DNA from: Carpediemonas membranifera BICM
Lineage: Eukaryota; Protista; Fornicata
Direction: 5' to 3'
Length of the DNA stretch: 64,000 nt
Assembly (NCBI GenBank): GCA_019828565.1
Contig: JAHDYR010000069.1
Location: 310,001 to 374,000 of the forward strand
The notes under the pieces were generated by a model. The model saw only the letters and a program-made list of their open reading frames with translations, made no database searches and was not told where the DNA came from. Positions 51,070 to 61,694 of this stretch are shown here, piece by piece (within the stretch, counting starts at the first letter, position 1; each line of letters starts with the position of its first letter). A program made the translations under genes and the position numbers.

Positions 51070-51477
51070 TCTTCGCGGACCTCTTTCGCAGCCGGCTCAA
51101 AAAGCGGCACAGAAATATCTCGCGAGATATAGACCACAAGATGATCTTGACATGACTGTGGTCGCTAGTGCCTCCGGAAACTGAAGTTGGGTGTGCAGTT
51201 TCTCCGTCTCTTTGGAAGAATAGGGGATGTCCGGAGCCGATGTGATAACAGTCGAATGAAGTGCCATTCAGTTGGCCCGGTGAGGGGCAGACCAATGCAT
51301 TCGGAGTCCACCATTGAGTGTTCGAAACGCTCAAACTCGGAGAAGTCTGGGCATGGTGGCCGTACAGCCCGAATATACGGCTGACCGGCATGTAGCGTCA
51401 TGCACAGCAGGACTGGTTTGCCGTAGGGGGGGCAGGTCTTCAGCGTAACTCCGCTGACAGTCACATGGAAAGAACGA

Positions 51478-53103
51478 ATGACAAATCTCCCAACAGATGA
51501 TGCGTTGTGCAGCGCTTATTCCGCACCATTGGGCACTGAGCAAGCGCTTATGGCTGCATTCCATCTTTCGGTCCTCGCAGCCGCCTCTGTTCCCGGGGAC
51601 ATCCCTTCTCTCATCCGCCACGCCTATTCCAGGCACTTCAACAAGGTACTGCCGGTAGAGCGCGATTCAGAGATCAACGGTGCTTCGGGAAGCACCACTG
51701 AACTCGAATCCCTGCAAGTGATGCTCTCGAGAATTCCCCCTCTGAAACCAGCCGCACAAGTCCTCCTTGATCGCGCCCTCTCCATCCTCACAGACGGCCC
51801 TCATCTGTCCATGAACGTCGAGCTCGCAGATGGCGAGGATTTCCCGGTCGCCCTGCACACGCTGAACCAGGGCGCGGTGTGAGCGTGTCTGATGGGTGGC
51901 GAGGCCAACCCCGACCTCGAGGACAGGGTGCTGAAGGAGGCTCGAGAGAAACGGCCATATGATATTGAGATGCATAACAAGATTCGCAACGCGCTCACCC
52001 CCGAGGCCAAGTGCCTCTGGTTCCTCTGCCGACAGTTTTCTTCTCCTGGAACGTCGCCGATAAGGACGGCGAGAGCTATCAGTACAACAGATACTATACA
52101 TGCCACCACCACCGCATGTACATGGGCCGACTCTTCATGCTCGACACTGACAACCACACCGCCCTCACCAGGGCCAGGATGCCCAGGGCCCTCGAGGTCT
52201 ACAGCAACTGGACCACCCACGTCGCCAGGACGCCCAAGGGTCTGTGGGGCTGGGGTGATAGCGGATATGGTCAGCTGGGGTTCATCGTCAAATAGGTTCG
52301 TCGACCCGACCCGCCTCACCTTCCCCGCCTGTCCCAGGGTCGCCGAGCTCGAGGCCAGTCTGCCCGCCTGGGAGAAGCACAGGATGGTGACTGATGTGAC
52401 GATTGCTGGCAGAGAGACGCTCATACTCACCCCAGTCGGCACTGTCATCAGTGGCTACAAGGCTGTTTTGTTTGCAGGCCGTGTCGAGGAGAAAAGCACA
52501 GCTTTCACCCAGTCGCTGTGCCGCCTGGCTTTGTCCCAGATCACATTATGTATGATGGCGACACTGTCATCTCACCATGGGCGATCGGCAGATTATCAGC
52601 GGAAGCAACCAGTATGGCCAGCTGGGGCTCGGGCACAAGGATATGATGGAAGGGTTCGAGGAGCTGCCCTTCAGGGTCGACCGGATAATTTTATCTCTCC
52701 CTGATTTTTTAACATCTTCCTCCGCGGCCGCCAGCTGCTCTTCACAGGCCAAGTTTCCAATTATATCGTCAAGTCCAGCCTGCTGCCAGGATATTTCGTG
52801 TTCGATCGCTGCCTCACACCCACCCCGCTCCAGTTCCCAGCGAGGGTCAAGGGGCTGTTATGGGGGGATTCTAGGCTGCTCTGGGTGAGCGAGGGCGTCA
52901 CCCACTCCTGCCACGAAGATGGCAACGCCGAAGTCCCTATTGAGGCGACTGCATACAATGATCGCCACTACTGCCTCCGCGACTCTGCCGGCCAGTGGTT
53001 CGAGGTTGATGACTCCGATGTGGGAACTAGCATCGTCCAGTGCGAGACGCTTAGTTGGTCGGAGGTGATCACTAGAGTCGACGTCGACCCGTGGGGCCAG
53101 TAA
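51478..53103 (+). pseudogene. Disrupted RCC1-like repeat family gene (paralog of 61695-63449)
   Basis: Shares LSMN...DGED.P..LHTL.QG, AKCLWFLC, GRLF, F.ACP.V...E..LP.W.K and G.N..GQLGLGH with the paralog. In-frame TGA at 51880 where the paralog has Trp; frameshifts near 52040, 52290, 52510, 52700. Confidence 0.8.
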
Positions 53104-53479
53104 AGCTGATAAATTTCCTCTGGCAGTGAGTGCCTCAACCAGCCGGTTAGGCGATAGTTTCGGTTGGTATCGCGGATATCGATGTGACCGATGCAGCTAG
53201 CGGTCGGGATTTCGTCCTTTTGACTCAACCCAAATGCGAGGAAGGCGGACATATTAAGGCACAGCACCAATGAGGCTTGCCTTACCACCAGCCATCGGCC
53301 CAATCCACCAGGGCAATCACCCAGTCATGGCAGTGATCATACTCTGCTGGGTCCCGATGTGTCGGTGCTGGATCGGTGAAGCGCTAAACGTCGACGCCTG
53401 GCTGAGCACGTATTGTTCATCATGATAGAAGAACTCATTTATCTGGTGGAAACTGCCAGGTCATCCGGCATATCCAGCA

Positions 53480-53917
53480 CTACAACCCAATGCTCTCAGC
53501 TGAGGCGCGCTCAGTGCTCCCTGACAGCAAGTCCCGCGTCCACTCGGACACCGTCTTTGCCGACCGATGGCCAGAGAACTTATCAATCCTGCCATCGTGG
53601 AAGAGAAGTACAGAGGGCACCCCGGTAAGTCGGAATTGATTGATTGCAGGCTTGTTCGCGGGCTTCTTGACGTTCACTGAGAGTACGATGACCTTCTCCG
53701 TCTGCTCGGAGTTCAAGAGCATCGCTTCGAGATCTGGGATCTCGGGCATCCACTGGATACAGAACCGGCAGCTTGTTGAATGGAAAGTGACCAGTGTGGC
53801 CGCTGAGCTCGGCTGATTCGTGATGAAGGACGTAAGCTCTTCAAACGTGACATCATCGGCAGCAATAACAACATGAATGAGCAAAACTACTACTAAAAGG
53901 CTCACTGGAAGCTTCAT
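53480..53917 (-). CDS. Secretory single-domain thioredoxin/PDI-like protein
   Basis: Signal peptide MKLPVSLLVVVLLIHVVIA; TFHSTSCRFC (CxxC); cis-Pro GVPSV; FSGHRS. Confidence 0.8.
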   Translation of the reverse strand: MKLPVSLLVVVLLIHVVIAADDVTFEELTSFITNQPSSAATLVTFHSTSCRFCIQWMPEIPDLEAMLLNSEQTEKVIVLSVNVKKPANKPAINQFRLTGVPSVLLFHDGRIDKFSGHRSAKTVSEWTRDLLSGSTERASAESIGL

Positions 53918-54408
53918 TGCACTATTCAATCTGTCAACGTCGAATTCGCCATGTCAAAGAGCAGTGTGTCGAGCAGCTTATGACACACAGTTGCTCCGAC
54001 GGAACTGAGCTCGAATCAGCCAGGCAGATGCCCAATACGTCATGGTAGGCGCAATTCTGAGCAGTGCGAGCTTGGTCACGGGTGATGTCTGAGCACCAAA
54101 ATAGGGACGGTTTGAGGATTGCCCTGGCCTGACAAGCATGATGGTATTTGATTGGTCGACTCGTGGGCTGGCCCTGAGCTGCTATAAGTTTTTAAAGCAC
54201 AATTACTCTGGATGGTTCAAGTGGCGTTGAAAAGGAGAATCGACTCAAGCCAGAGACCGAGCCGATCGCAGGGAAGCGGTGCTGGGTAGTTTTGACGTTT
54301 CCCTGTGTTTGGCTGGCTTCACGAAATGGCGCAATCTTGAGATTTGATTGGTCATTTGATGAGCGCGCGTTTTGCAATTGTCGGCGCGCCAGAACGAAAA
54401 CCACCAAT

Positions 54409-55482
54409 ATGCAAGGAAACGTAGAATCAGCGAAAGGACGCATGCAACTGATCGAGAATATCATCCGCCACAAGGCTGGAAACTGGGAGGCCATCTGCAG
54501 CGGCCTTACCACCAAAGCACAAAGGTATCTCACCAGCCAGGAGGCCAAGATCATCTACAAGAGCACTGCGCGCACTCTAGCTTCTCAGATAAGGCCACAC
54601 TGCGGCCAATTTGTCCCCGACCACCACAACCGCGCGCATTGCTTCATCATCCTCCGCGAGTTCCGCCACACGCTTGTCGAGTTCAAGCGGTCGGGCCTGA
54701 AGAAGTACACCGTCAACCTCGCGTTCTCCACTGCGCCTGAGGGCCAGGAGATGCTTCAGCGCATCGCCGACCGCGTCTCGGATGTGCTCAAACAGCTCAA
54801 CATCGCCAACAGGGACAAGGCCGCCATGGAGTCCCGCACCATGCGCCCCATCGAGCCGGCGACACCCATCCGCGCCATCGACACTGGTGCGGTCATGGGC
54901 CGGGGCCTGATGACGCCCCTCACCCCGGGCACCGCGACGCCCAGCACGCGTCCCTCCAGCCCTGCCGAATGCGATTTCAGAGTGCGGCTGGAGCCTAGAC
55001 GCGGCGCCGAGTCGAAGGCAGCCCAGTTTGTCCGGAATTGCAGAGCTACAGTCGAGCCCCGCTTCGCGATCCCCGCGAGCATGCTGTCGACAAACGTGTG
55101 CCAGCTTGTCTCCCACCTGCGGTCCAGGTGGACCCGCGAGTGCAAGGCGGGCGACGCAGCCGCCAACTCCTCCGTGCTCGCCACGCTGCCGCTTCAAATC
55201 TTCCCAACTGTCGGCTCCGCTAGCCTTGCCGAGGAGGATGGCTTGACCATCGCCGACGCGCTCGAGTCTGACCGCATCAGCGTGGCGTACAACTCGACGA
55301 ACACGCGCGCCGTCATCACGCTCTTCTACGAGCTGCCGCACGTGCCTGCCCTCGAGCCCAGTGCCGTCCCCGCCCCTGTGGATCTGGCCAGCATACTCCT
55401 GGACGACAGCGTGGCCGACTTCAACTCCTCCCAGGAGGCCGAGCTCCCTTTCGAGCCCCTTTCCCTCTCTTTCGATTTTTAA
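54409..55482 (+). CDS. Possible Cramped/CRAMP1/TKI1-like chromatin protein
   Basis: SANT-like GNWEAI...EAKIIYKS; VRLEPR...EPRF...VCQLVSHLRSRW resembles the CRAMP1/TKI1 second domain. Confidence 0.5.
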   Translation: MQGNVESAKGRMQLIENIIRHKAGNWEAICSGLTTKAQRYLTSQEAKIIYKSTARTLASQIRPHCGQFVPDHHNRAHCFIILREFRHTLVEFKRSGLKKYTVNLAFSTAPEGQEMLQRIADRVSDVLKQLNIANRDKAAMESRTMRPIEPATPIRAIDTGAVMGRGLMTPLTPGTATPSTRPSSPAECDFRVRLEPRRGAESKAAQFVRNCRATVEPRFAIPASMLSTNVCQLVSHLRSRWTRECKAGDAAANSSVLATLPLQIFPTVGSASLAEEDGLTIADALESDRISVAYNSTNTRAVITLFYELPHVPALEPSAVPAPVDLASILLDDSVADFNSSQEAELPFEPLSLSFDF

Positions 55483-55622
55483 ACACATTTACTCAAGTAT
55501 CGTACCGCAGGGCTCGCGTGGCTGACCCGACGGGTGCTTTTTCTCAAGTCAGTCTGGCATTTCGTGCAAATTTAGCAAAGAATGACAAGAGATTTCGTCG
55601 TATGACACCCGATTGAGCATTC

Positions 55623-57818
55623 ATGGATGATCCCGATGCCAAACGGCACTATGTTGCCTATAACTCCTCAAAGCGGCACAAACCTACAGACAAGGATGAC
55701 ATACAGGACCCTTTCAAAGCAACACCGTCTCTTCGCTTCAACTCAGTAGATGAGGTTGAATTCGAAGACCTATTCGACATAGACACGCTGAATGAGCTTC
55801 TTGACGACACGTCAAACGCTCTTGCGATTGGCACCCTCGTTTCATCACCGGCCGGCCTTCCCATCTCCCGCGTTCACCAAGGCTCCGAAATATGTGCCGC
55901 CGTACGCGATACAGAGCTGGGTCAAGAGGTGTGCGAAGAGTCTGCCCTCCAGGGTGTCGTGTCGTATGACCGCCCAGTCTCCTCGTACACTTGTTCCTCG
56001 GTGAGCCATCTCCACGAAGGCACCGCTGGCGTTTTCTTGCGGGATAAGCTCATAGCGCTCTGGGTGATCGGTCAGGTTCGCACTGAGGACGAACCTGCGT
56101 TGCCGGAGGAGAGCTTCGACCTTGGCGCCGAGCTCGGACTCGACAGGTCCTGGATCGTAAGCCACTGGGGAGATACTGCCGCCATGACGCGCGAGGAGTT
56201 TGATAAGAAGTTGCAGTTTTTGTCAATCTTCGCAAGTCAACTGAGCGAGGCTGCCTTCGTCACCTACGAGTCCGGCCAGCTTGCCGCACAGCTGCAAGAG
56301 ATGAACGAAAGGCTCACTGCTGCCAAGGCCGAGCTTGAAGACGAGGTCCTGGCCCAAACAAGACACCTGGCCGAGGCGAACGAGGTGCTTGCCGCATCAT
56401 TGCACGCCCGCCGTCTGTTTCTCGGTCGGGTTTCACACGACATGCGGACACCACTACTCGGGATCAACGGCACGGCGATACTAATGGAGGAGGAGGAGCG
56501 GGTCCAGACTGGGGTGGGTCTTGGGGACGACGTGGAGATGGGTTCGAACCTCTCGATCATGCAGACTTCGTGCGAGCTGCTCCTGACCTACATCGACCAG
56601 CTGTTGGACTTCTCTCGCCTGGAGGCGCTGGAGGATAGTGGCCAGCCATATGTGCTGGAAGAACAGCCGATGTCGATGGTCGAGTTTTTGACTTCGACGG
56701 CTCAACTATTCGAAGCTTTGGCTGCACAAAAGAGCATAGCGCTGACAGTTGATGGCACTGCTATTGAAGCTGCTCTGGTCCATCGATGTGACCCACTCCG
56801 GCTGGCCCAGCTCCTCTCCAACGTCATCGGCAACGCCATGAAATTCACCCCCGAGGGCGGCCGCGTCACGTGCACAGTTGAGCTACTAGGCCCAGGCCTG
56901 CCCCCACCCCGCATGGTCGACCCCGAGTGCGATGTTGCCATCGTAGACACGGCCACCACTCTCGACGAAGGGCTGCAACCCGACCCATTCAGCTGCGCCG
57001 ACGTCCCCGCGCACTACCCTGCCGTCCCAGAGGGCGCTGACCTCGTCGCCTTCTCCGTCTCTGACACCGGCCCGGGTATCGAGGAGGACCGCATCTACAG
57101 CATATTCAGCGCGTTCTCCCAGGAGGATGTGAGCACGCCGCGGGTTTACGGCGGATCTGGGCTGGGGCTATCGATGTGTAGGTCCATATGCGTCGACATG
57201 TACCACGGCTCTTTAGTCGTTCAGAACAAGCGGACGGGCGGCGCTCTTTTCATTGCCATCCTGCCTCTGCGTCAGACCGACGAGGACCCGTCAGGTTTCT
57301 TCGACACGATCAAAAGCTCGGCAACGTTCCAGCGACACGGGATCGACTTTGACCGAGCTCGTGAGTCTCTAGCCGACGTCGAAGAAAGCATGGTGGTCGA
57401 CCCCCCCGATCTTGACGGGTCAGCAGCCGCCATCCTCGTCGTAGACGACGTAGACGTCAACCGCATCGTCATTGGCCGACTCCTCCGATCCGTCTTACGA
57501 GAAAGGGGTCGGGCCTGCCGAATCCACTTTGCGGCTGAGGGCGGCGAGTGTCTTGAAATGATCCAGCAGTATCGGTACGACCTCATCCTCATCGACCTGT
57601 TCATGCCCAATGGGATAGGGGGCCATGACACCGTGAAGACCATCCGGGCGCTTGAGGAGGACGGTGTGGTTGAGCGGCATGCCGTGGTGGCCGTGACGGC
57701 GTCGGCGTCGCCCGAGGTCGAGGACCTGTGTGAGAAGAACGGGTTTGATGGGATCCTGGGGAAACCGTTCAAGATGGAGGACCTCAGCGCCGTCCTGGAC
57801 GAGTTTGTTCTCGGTTGA
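55623..57818 (+). CDS. Hybrid histidine kinase with PocR sensor and receiver domain
   Basis: PocR-like FEDLFDIDTL...EIC..VRDTELG.EVC..S..YTC..WVIGQV; H-box VSHDMRTPL; N-box NVIGNAMKFT; G1 DTGPGI; G2 GGSGLGL; REC VVDD, IDLFMP, GKP. Confidence 0.93.
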   Translation: MDDPDAKRHYVAYNSSKRHKPTDKDDIQDPFKATPSLRFNSVDEVEFEDLFDIDTLNELLDDTSNALAIGTLVSSPAGLPISRVHQGSEICAAVRDTELGQEVCEESALQGVVSYDRPVSSYTCSSVSHLHEGTAGVFLRDKLIALWVIGQVRTEDEPALPEESFDLGAELGLDRSWIVSHWGDTAAMTREEFDKKLQFLSIFASQLSEAAFVTYESGQLAAQLQEMNERLTAAKAELEDEVLAQTRHLAEANEVLAASLHARRLFLGRVSHDMRTPLLGINGTAILMEEEERVQTGVGLGDDVEMGSNLSIMQTSCELLLTYIDQLLDFSRLEALEDSGQPYVLEEQPMSMVEFLTSTAQLFEALAAQKSIALTVDGTAIEAALVHRCDPLRLAQLLSNVIGNAMKFTPEGGRVTCTVELLGPGLPPPRMVDPECDVAIVDTATTLDEGLQPDPFSCADVPAHYPAVPEGADLVAFSVSDTGPGIEEDRIYSIFSAFSQEDVSTPRVYGGSGLGLSMCRSICVDMYHGSLVVQNKRTGGALFIAILPLRQTDEDPSGFFDTIKSSATFQRHGIDFDRARESLADVEESMVVDPPDLDGSAAAILVVDDVDVNRIVIGRLLRSVLRERGRACRIHFAAEGGECLEMIQQYRYDLILIDLFMPNGIGGHDTVKTIRALEEDGVVERHAVVAVTASASPEVEDLCEKNGFDGILGKPFKMEDLSAVLDEFVLG

Positions 57819-58663
57819 CGGGTTGTCAGAAGTATGATGGTTTCATTTCATCAAAACTGACAACAACAGTCACATGGAAGCATTTCTAGGCGAATTCCAG
57901 GATGTTCACGGCACCATCGACAACGAATCTGCCAGTACTGAATGTCAGGTCAGTATTTGCTGCCCGTCACACGCCAGAGCCGGTGATTACTTCAACAGCT
58001 CCCGTTACTGCCAGCCGTCCTGAGTAAATGTACAACGACACAATGTATATCACTTGTTGCTGATTTTTTCACGGGCTTTACGGCAAGTCGGTGTTAGTTT
58101 TTGGTCAACAGAGGCAGAGTTGATGACATTGACGGTCGACCTGGATCTCTCCAGCTTCCCTAATCGAGTAGTAATAGGGGGGTATTCACCAGATGTGTCG
58201 TTTTCGCGGACAAAACTTGGCCCTAACGTCATTTGTCATCATCAGAATTGTGTGGCTCAAAATGTGGCCCTGGCACATCATCTAGTTTCGGCCAATCGCC
58301 CAATCACTCTGCCCGATACAACTCTATTCAGAGATAATCACTCAGCATGCTATGTTGGCGCGGCTGACCGATATTCATGGTCTACAGGTTCAATCGTGTG
58401 TCATTTATCATGGACCAGCATCGAGTGACTGTCTCATACATCTAGAATGATCTCGTTGACCGGGGCAGAACAACCAAGAACCATGAACATGTTCAGACCA
58501 TTCAAGGGCCATTGGGGCGTAAATAGCGAGCTTGGCGACGACTGTTGCACTGAGCAGCAGCCGGCTGATGCCGATCTCTTTCATCGTGGCATGGGCCTCC
58601 GCACCAGCTCCAAAGACAAGTGCTGAACGTCTGTAAACCAGATATTGACCTCATAGCCTTTAC

Positions 58664-59836
58664 TTACCGCTTCAATGCCGGATCAACAACTCTCTGAGGG
58701 ACAAACTCAGCTTCACAGTACTTCTGAAGCATATCCCGGTATAGTTCGCCCCGCATGGTCACGTTGAACATCCAGGCATCCCTCGTCTGGCGTTGCAGGT
58801 TCAGGTCCACCTCAGTAACCAGCACACCATCCTCTGCCCTTGACAGACCAGGTGTACGCTGGCCGTTGGGCGCAGTGACATAACTGGACCCGTAAAAGTG
58901 CCCAAAGTCCTTGTGTGCCGGCTTCATGTCACCAGAGGTGAACTCCCGGGGGAACGTTTCAGTGCCCACCCTGTTGATCGCCACTGTGTACACGCTGTTC
59001 GCTATGGCTGCGTTCCTCGCCTCGATGGACCAGAGCGGCTCAGAGAGGCCGTCGGTGGTAGCGCTGGGGTTGAAGATCACTTCCGCCCCGTTAAGAGAGT
59101 ATGATAGCCAGTTCAGCGGGTGGTGCCGGCCGAAGCAAATGTTGACGCCGATACGGGCTACGACACCGTTCGAGCAGAGCACCTCGAACACGGGATGCCC
59201 GTCAGTCGCCTCAGTGTAGTAGTTGGCCTCATTGAAGTCGCCGACCCGCGGGATGTGGTTCTTCCTTGTCTTCCCGACGAACTGGCCTGCCGCATTAAAA
59301 ATCGCAGTCGCGTTGTGAATCGTGTCGGCGTGGGCCTCATCGCGCTCGAGGATTGGCGAAAGGATGACCATACGGTGCTCCTTCGCCTTGGCGCTGATGA
59401 AGTCGGCGGCGGGCCCGTAAGCCGCGGGTACGGCCATCGCGTTCCAGATCTTCTCCCTCGTCGCCATCACAAAGGCCGTCGTCCAGCACTCCTGGAGGCA
59501 GACGATATGCGCACCGGCTGCTGCAGCGGTGTCGATGAGTTCAGCCATGCGTTGGGACATGATCTGCCACTGCTCGGCGAAAGGGGCAGATGGGCTCGAT
59601 GCAAACTTGTTCTGGATGGCAGCGATGCGAACAACCCGGGGATCGCGGAGTTCTTCCAGTTTGCACTGCATCTTGTAAGCCTTGAGCTCGATCTCCTTCT
59701 CCTCGAGCCGGGAGATCAGCTCAGTGTCCAGTTCAATGCTCTCAACCTCTGGGCCGTACAGCTCGCGATAGAGGACCTTCCGCTGCTCATCGGGGAGTGA
59801 ATCAACGACATCGAGGACATTTCTATGCTGGTTCAT
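58664..59836 (-). CDS. UPB1: Beta-ureidopropionase (beta-alanine synthase)
   Basis: CLQECW, RKNHIPRVGDFNE, VNICFGRHHPLNW, FNPSAT, EFTSGD.KPAH.DFGHFYGSSY; ATG 59836. Confidence 0.95.
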   Translation of the reverse strand: MNQHRNVLDVVDSLPDEQRKVLYRELYGPEVESIELDTELISRLEEKEIELKAYKMQCKLEELRDPRVVRIAAIQNKFASSPSAPFAEQWQIMSQRMAELIDTAAAAGAHIVCLQECWTTAFVMATREKIWNAMAVPAAYGPAADFISAKAKEHRMVILSPILERDEAHADTIHNATAIFNAAGQFVGKTRKNHIPRVGDFNEANYYTEATDGHPVFEVLCSNGVVARIGVNICFGRHHPLNWLSYSLNGAEVIFNPSATTDGLSEPLWSIEARNAAIANSVYTVAINRVGTETFPREFTSGDMKPAHKDFGHFYGSSYVTAPNGQRTPGLSRAEDGVLVTEVDLNLQRQTRDAWMFNVTMRGELYRDMLQKYCEAEFVPQRVVDPALKR

Positions 59837-60438
59837 CGTTGTGTTCGTCGCATAAGAACATCGAGGACTGAGCAAGAGTCCTTCAAATCGTATCTTGGGA
59901 ATGATTCAGTGTGAAGGCGGGTGCGAGCGGTGCGAGGGTTGGGTACACAGCAGCTGGCTGGGTGTCTATTAACTGGGCGTGGCATACTCAGTGCTGAGTT
60001 TGGCTCTGTCGTGTGGCTCGGCGCCCATGTTACGTGCTTATCAGCCTCAATCGCGCACAATTAAATATCGCCGCATCCAGCCATACCTGGCTATTTCCGG
60101 CCCGGACTTCCTCAGTGGGCTATTTCGGACGAAAATTCATCGCAAGTGTTTCGCCCCTTATACCATGCCAACAGGATCCATGGAGCCATACAACGTCCAT
60201 AACCTTGCCGGGCCTTGGGGCAGAACCGCGCAGATTATGCCACACTTCATGTAGCGTTTAGAGGTGTTTACTGGGGGTTCATGTGAAGAAGGCTTAGGCT
60301 GTCAACCCCCCCGGGATGAACTCCAGGGGACTAAACAGGTTCAGCCTGACTGCCCACCTGACTTTAGACTCAACAATTCTAATCCTGCGTGGCACTTCAC
60401 TCGCCTAACAATCGGCCGCCAGAAACTCAGCTTCAAGA

Positions 60439-61650
60439 ATGGACGGCTACACCACACATACTTTTAACGGAACCAGGTTCACTGTGCCGTCTAGGTACAC
60501 TGTCCAAAAGCCCCTCGGCTCAGGAGCCTATGGCGTCGTCTGTCTTGCCACAGACACGCTTACGGGCGAAAACGTCGCGATCAAGAAGATTGCACGCCTC
60601 TTTGTTTGTCCATCATCGCTCCATCTTTCCTCACATAGGACCACGTTATCGACACAAAGCGGGCTCTCCGCGAGCTCATCATCCTGTCCCATTTCAGCCA
60701 CCAGAACATCATTCAGCTCAAGGTATGCTATGCTGCACTATACTCACACAGGATATCATCATTGTGGGCGGGGAAGATGACTTTGAAGACCTGTACGTAA
60801 TCACGGACCTCATGGACACCGACATGCACCGCATTATCAGCTCGAAGCAAGGCTTGTCCGAGGAGCACATCTGTACGTACACACAGTGCAGGATTACCCA
60901 GCATACTTCCTCTACCAGCTCGTGAGTGCCCTCAGGTACACCCACAGCGCACACATCATCCACCGCGACCTGAAGCCCTCCAACATCCTCCTCAACGCGA
61001 ACTGCGACCTTAAACTGTGCGACTTCGGTCTTGCCCGCCACCGAGATGAGGCCAATGACGAGGCCGGCAAGTACATCCTCACGGAGTACGTCGCCACCAG
61101 ATGGTACCGCGCCCCCGAGATCATTTGCGGCTGGAAGCACTACCACGGCTGTGTCGACGTCTGGAGCGTCGGCTGCATCTTCGCCGAGCTCCTCCAACGC
61201 CGCCCACTCTTTGCGGGCAAGGACTACCTCAAACAGCTCCACCTCATCATGGAGGTCACCGGGACGCCCACGGACGACGAGGTGAAGGACATCGCCTCCA
61301 GCAGGGCCCGCGCTTACCTCAAGAGCCTCCCCCCGAAGCGGGGCACGCCAATCCGCGCCCTGTTCCCCAAAGCATCGCCTGAGGCTGTCGACTTGCTCGA
61401 TAAGATGCTGAAGTTCAACCCCATGGAGAGGATCACGCTCGATCAGGCCCTAGAGCACCCTTTCCTCAAGGCGGTGCACATTAAGAGCGCAAACAAGACA
61501 TATGTTGGCCCGGACATCGAGTTTGCTTTCGAGGATGGCGTAACACCGCTCACTAAGCCCCTCCTACGCCACTATATCTACCAGGAGTACCTCAAGTTCC
61601 AGCGGGGAAAGAAGGAGGCCAACCCCGCCGTCTTCAGCCAGACCATCTGA
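60439..61650 (+). CDS. ERK-type MAP kinase (exons 60439-60603, 60639-60722, 60752-60872, 60902-61650)
   Basis: GSGAYGVVC, VAIKKI, HRDLKPSN, DFGLAR, TEYVATRWYRAPE; three introns of 35, 29 and 29 nt restore the frame. Confidence 0.95.
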
Positions 61651-61694
61651 ATTTAAGGGAATATTTAAGGGGTGTATATAAATAAATACATCGT

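Noticed and set aside
51880-51882. TGA recoded as Trp or Sec
   Set aside because: The same gene has several frameshifts, and TGA is a normal stop in many other genes here.
57819-58663. Gene or ncRNA in the 850-bp gap
   Set aside because: ORF 58054-58428 has no recognisable features and the hairpins are short and scattered.
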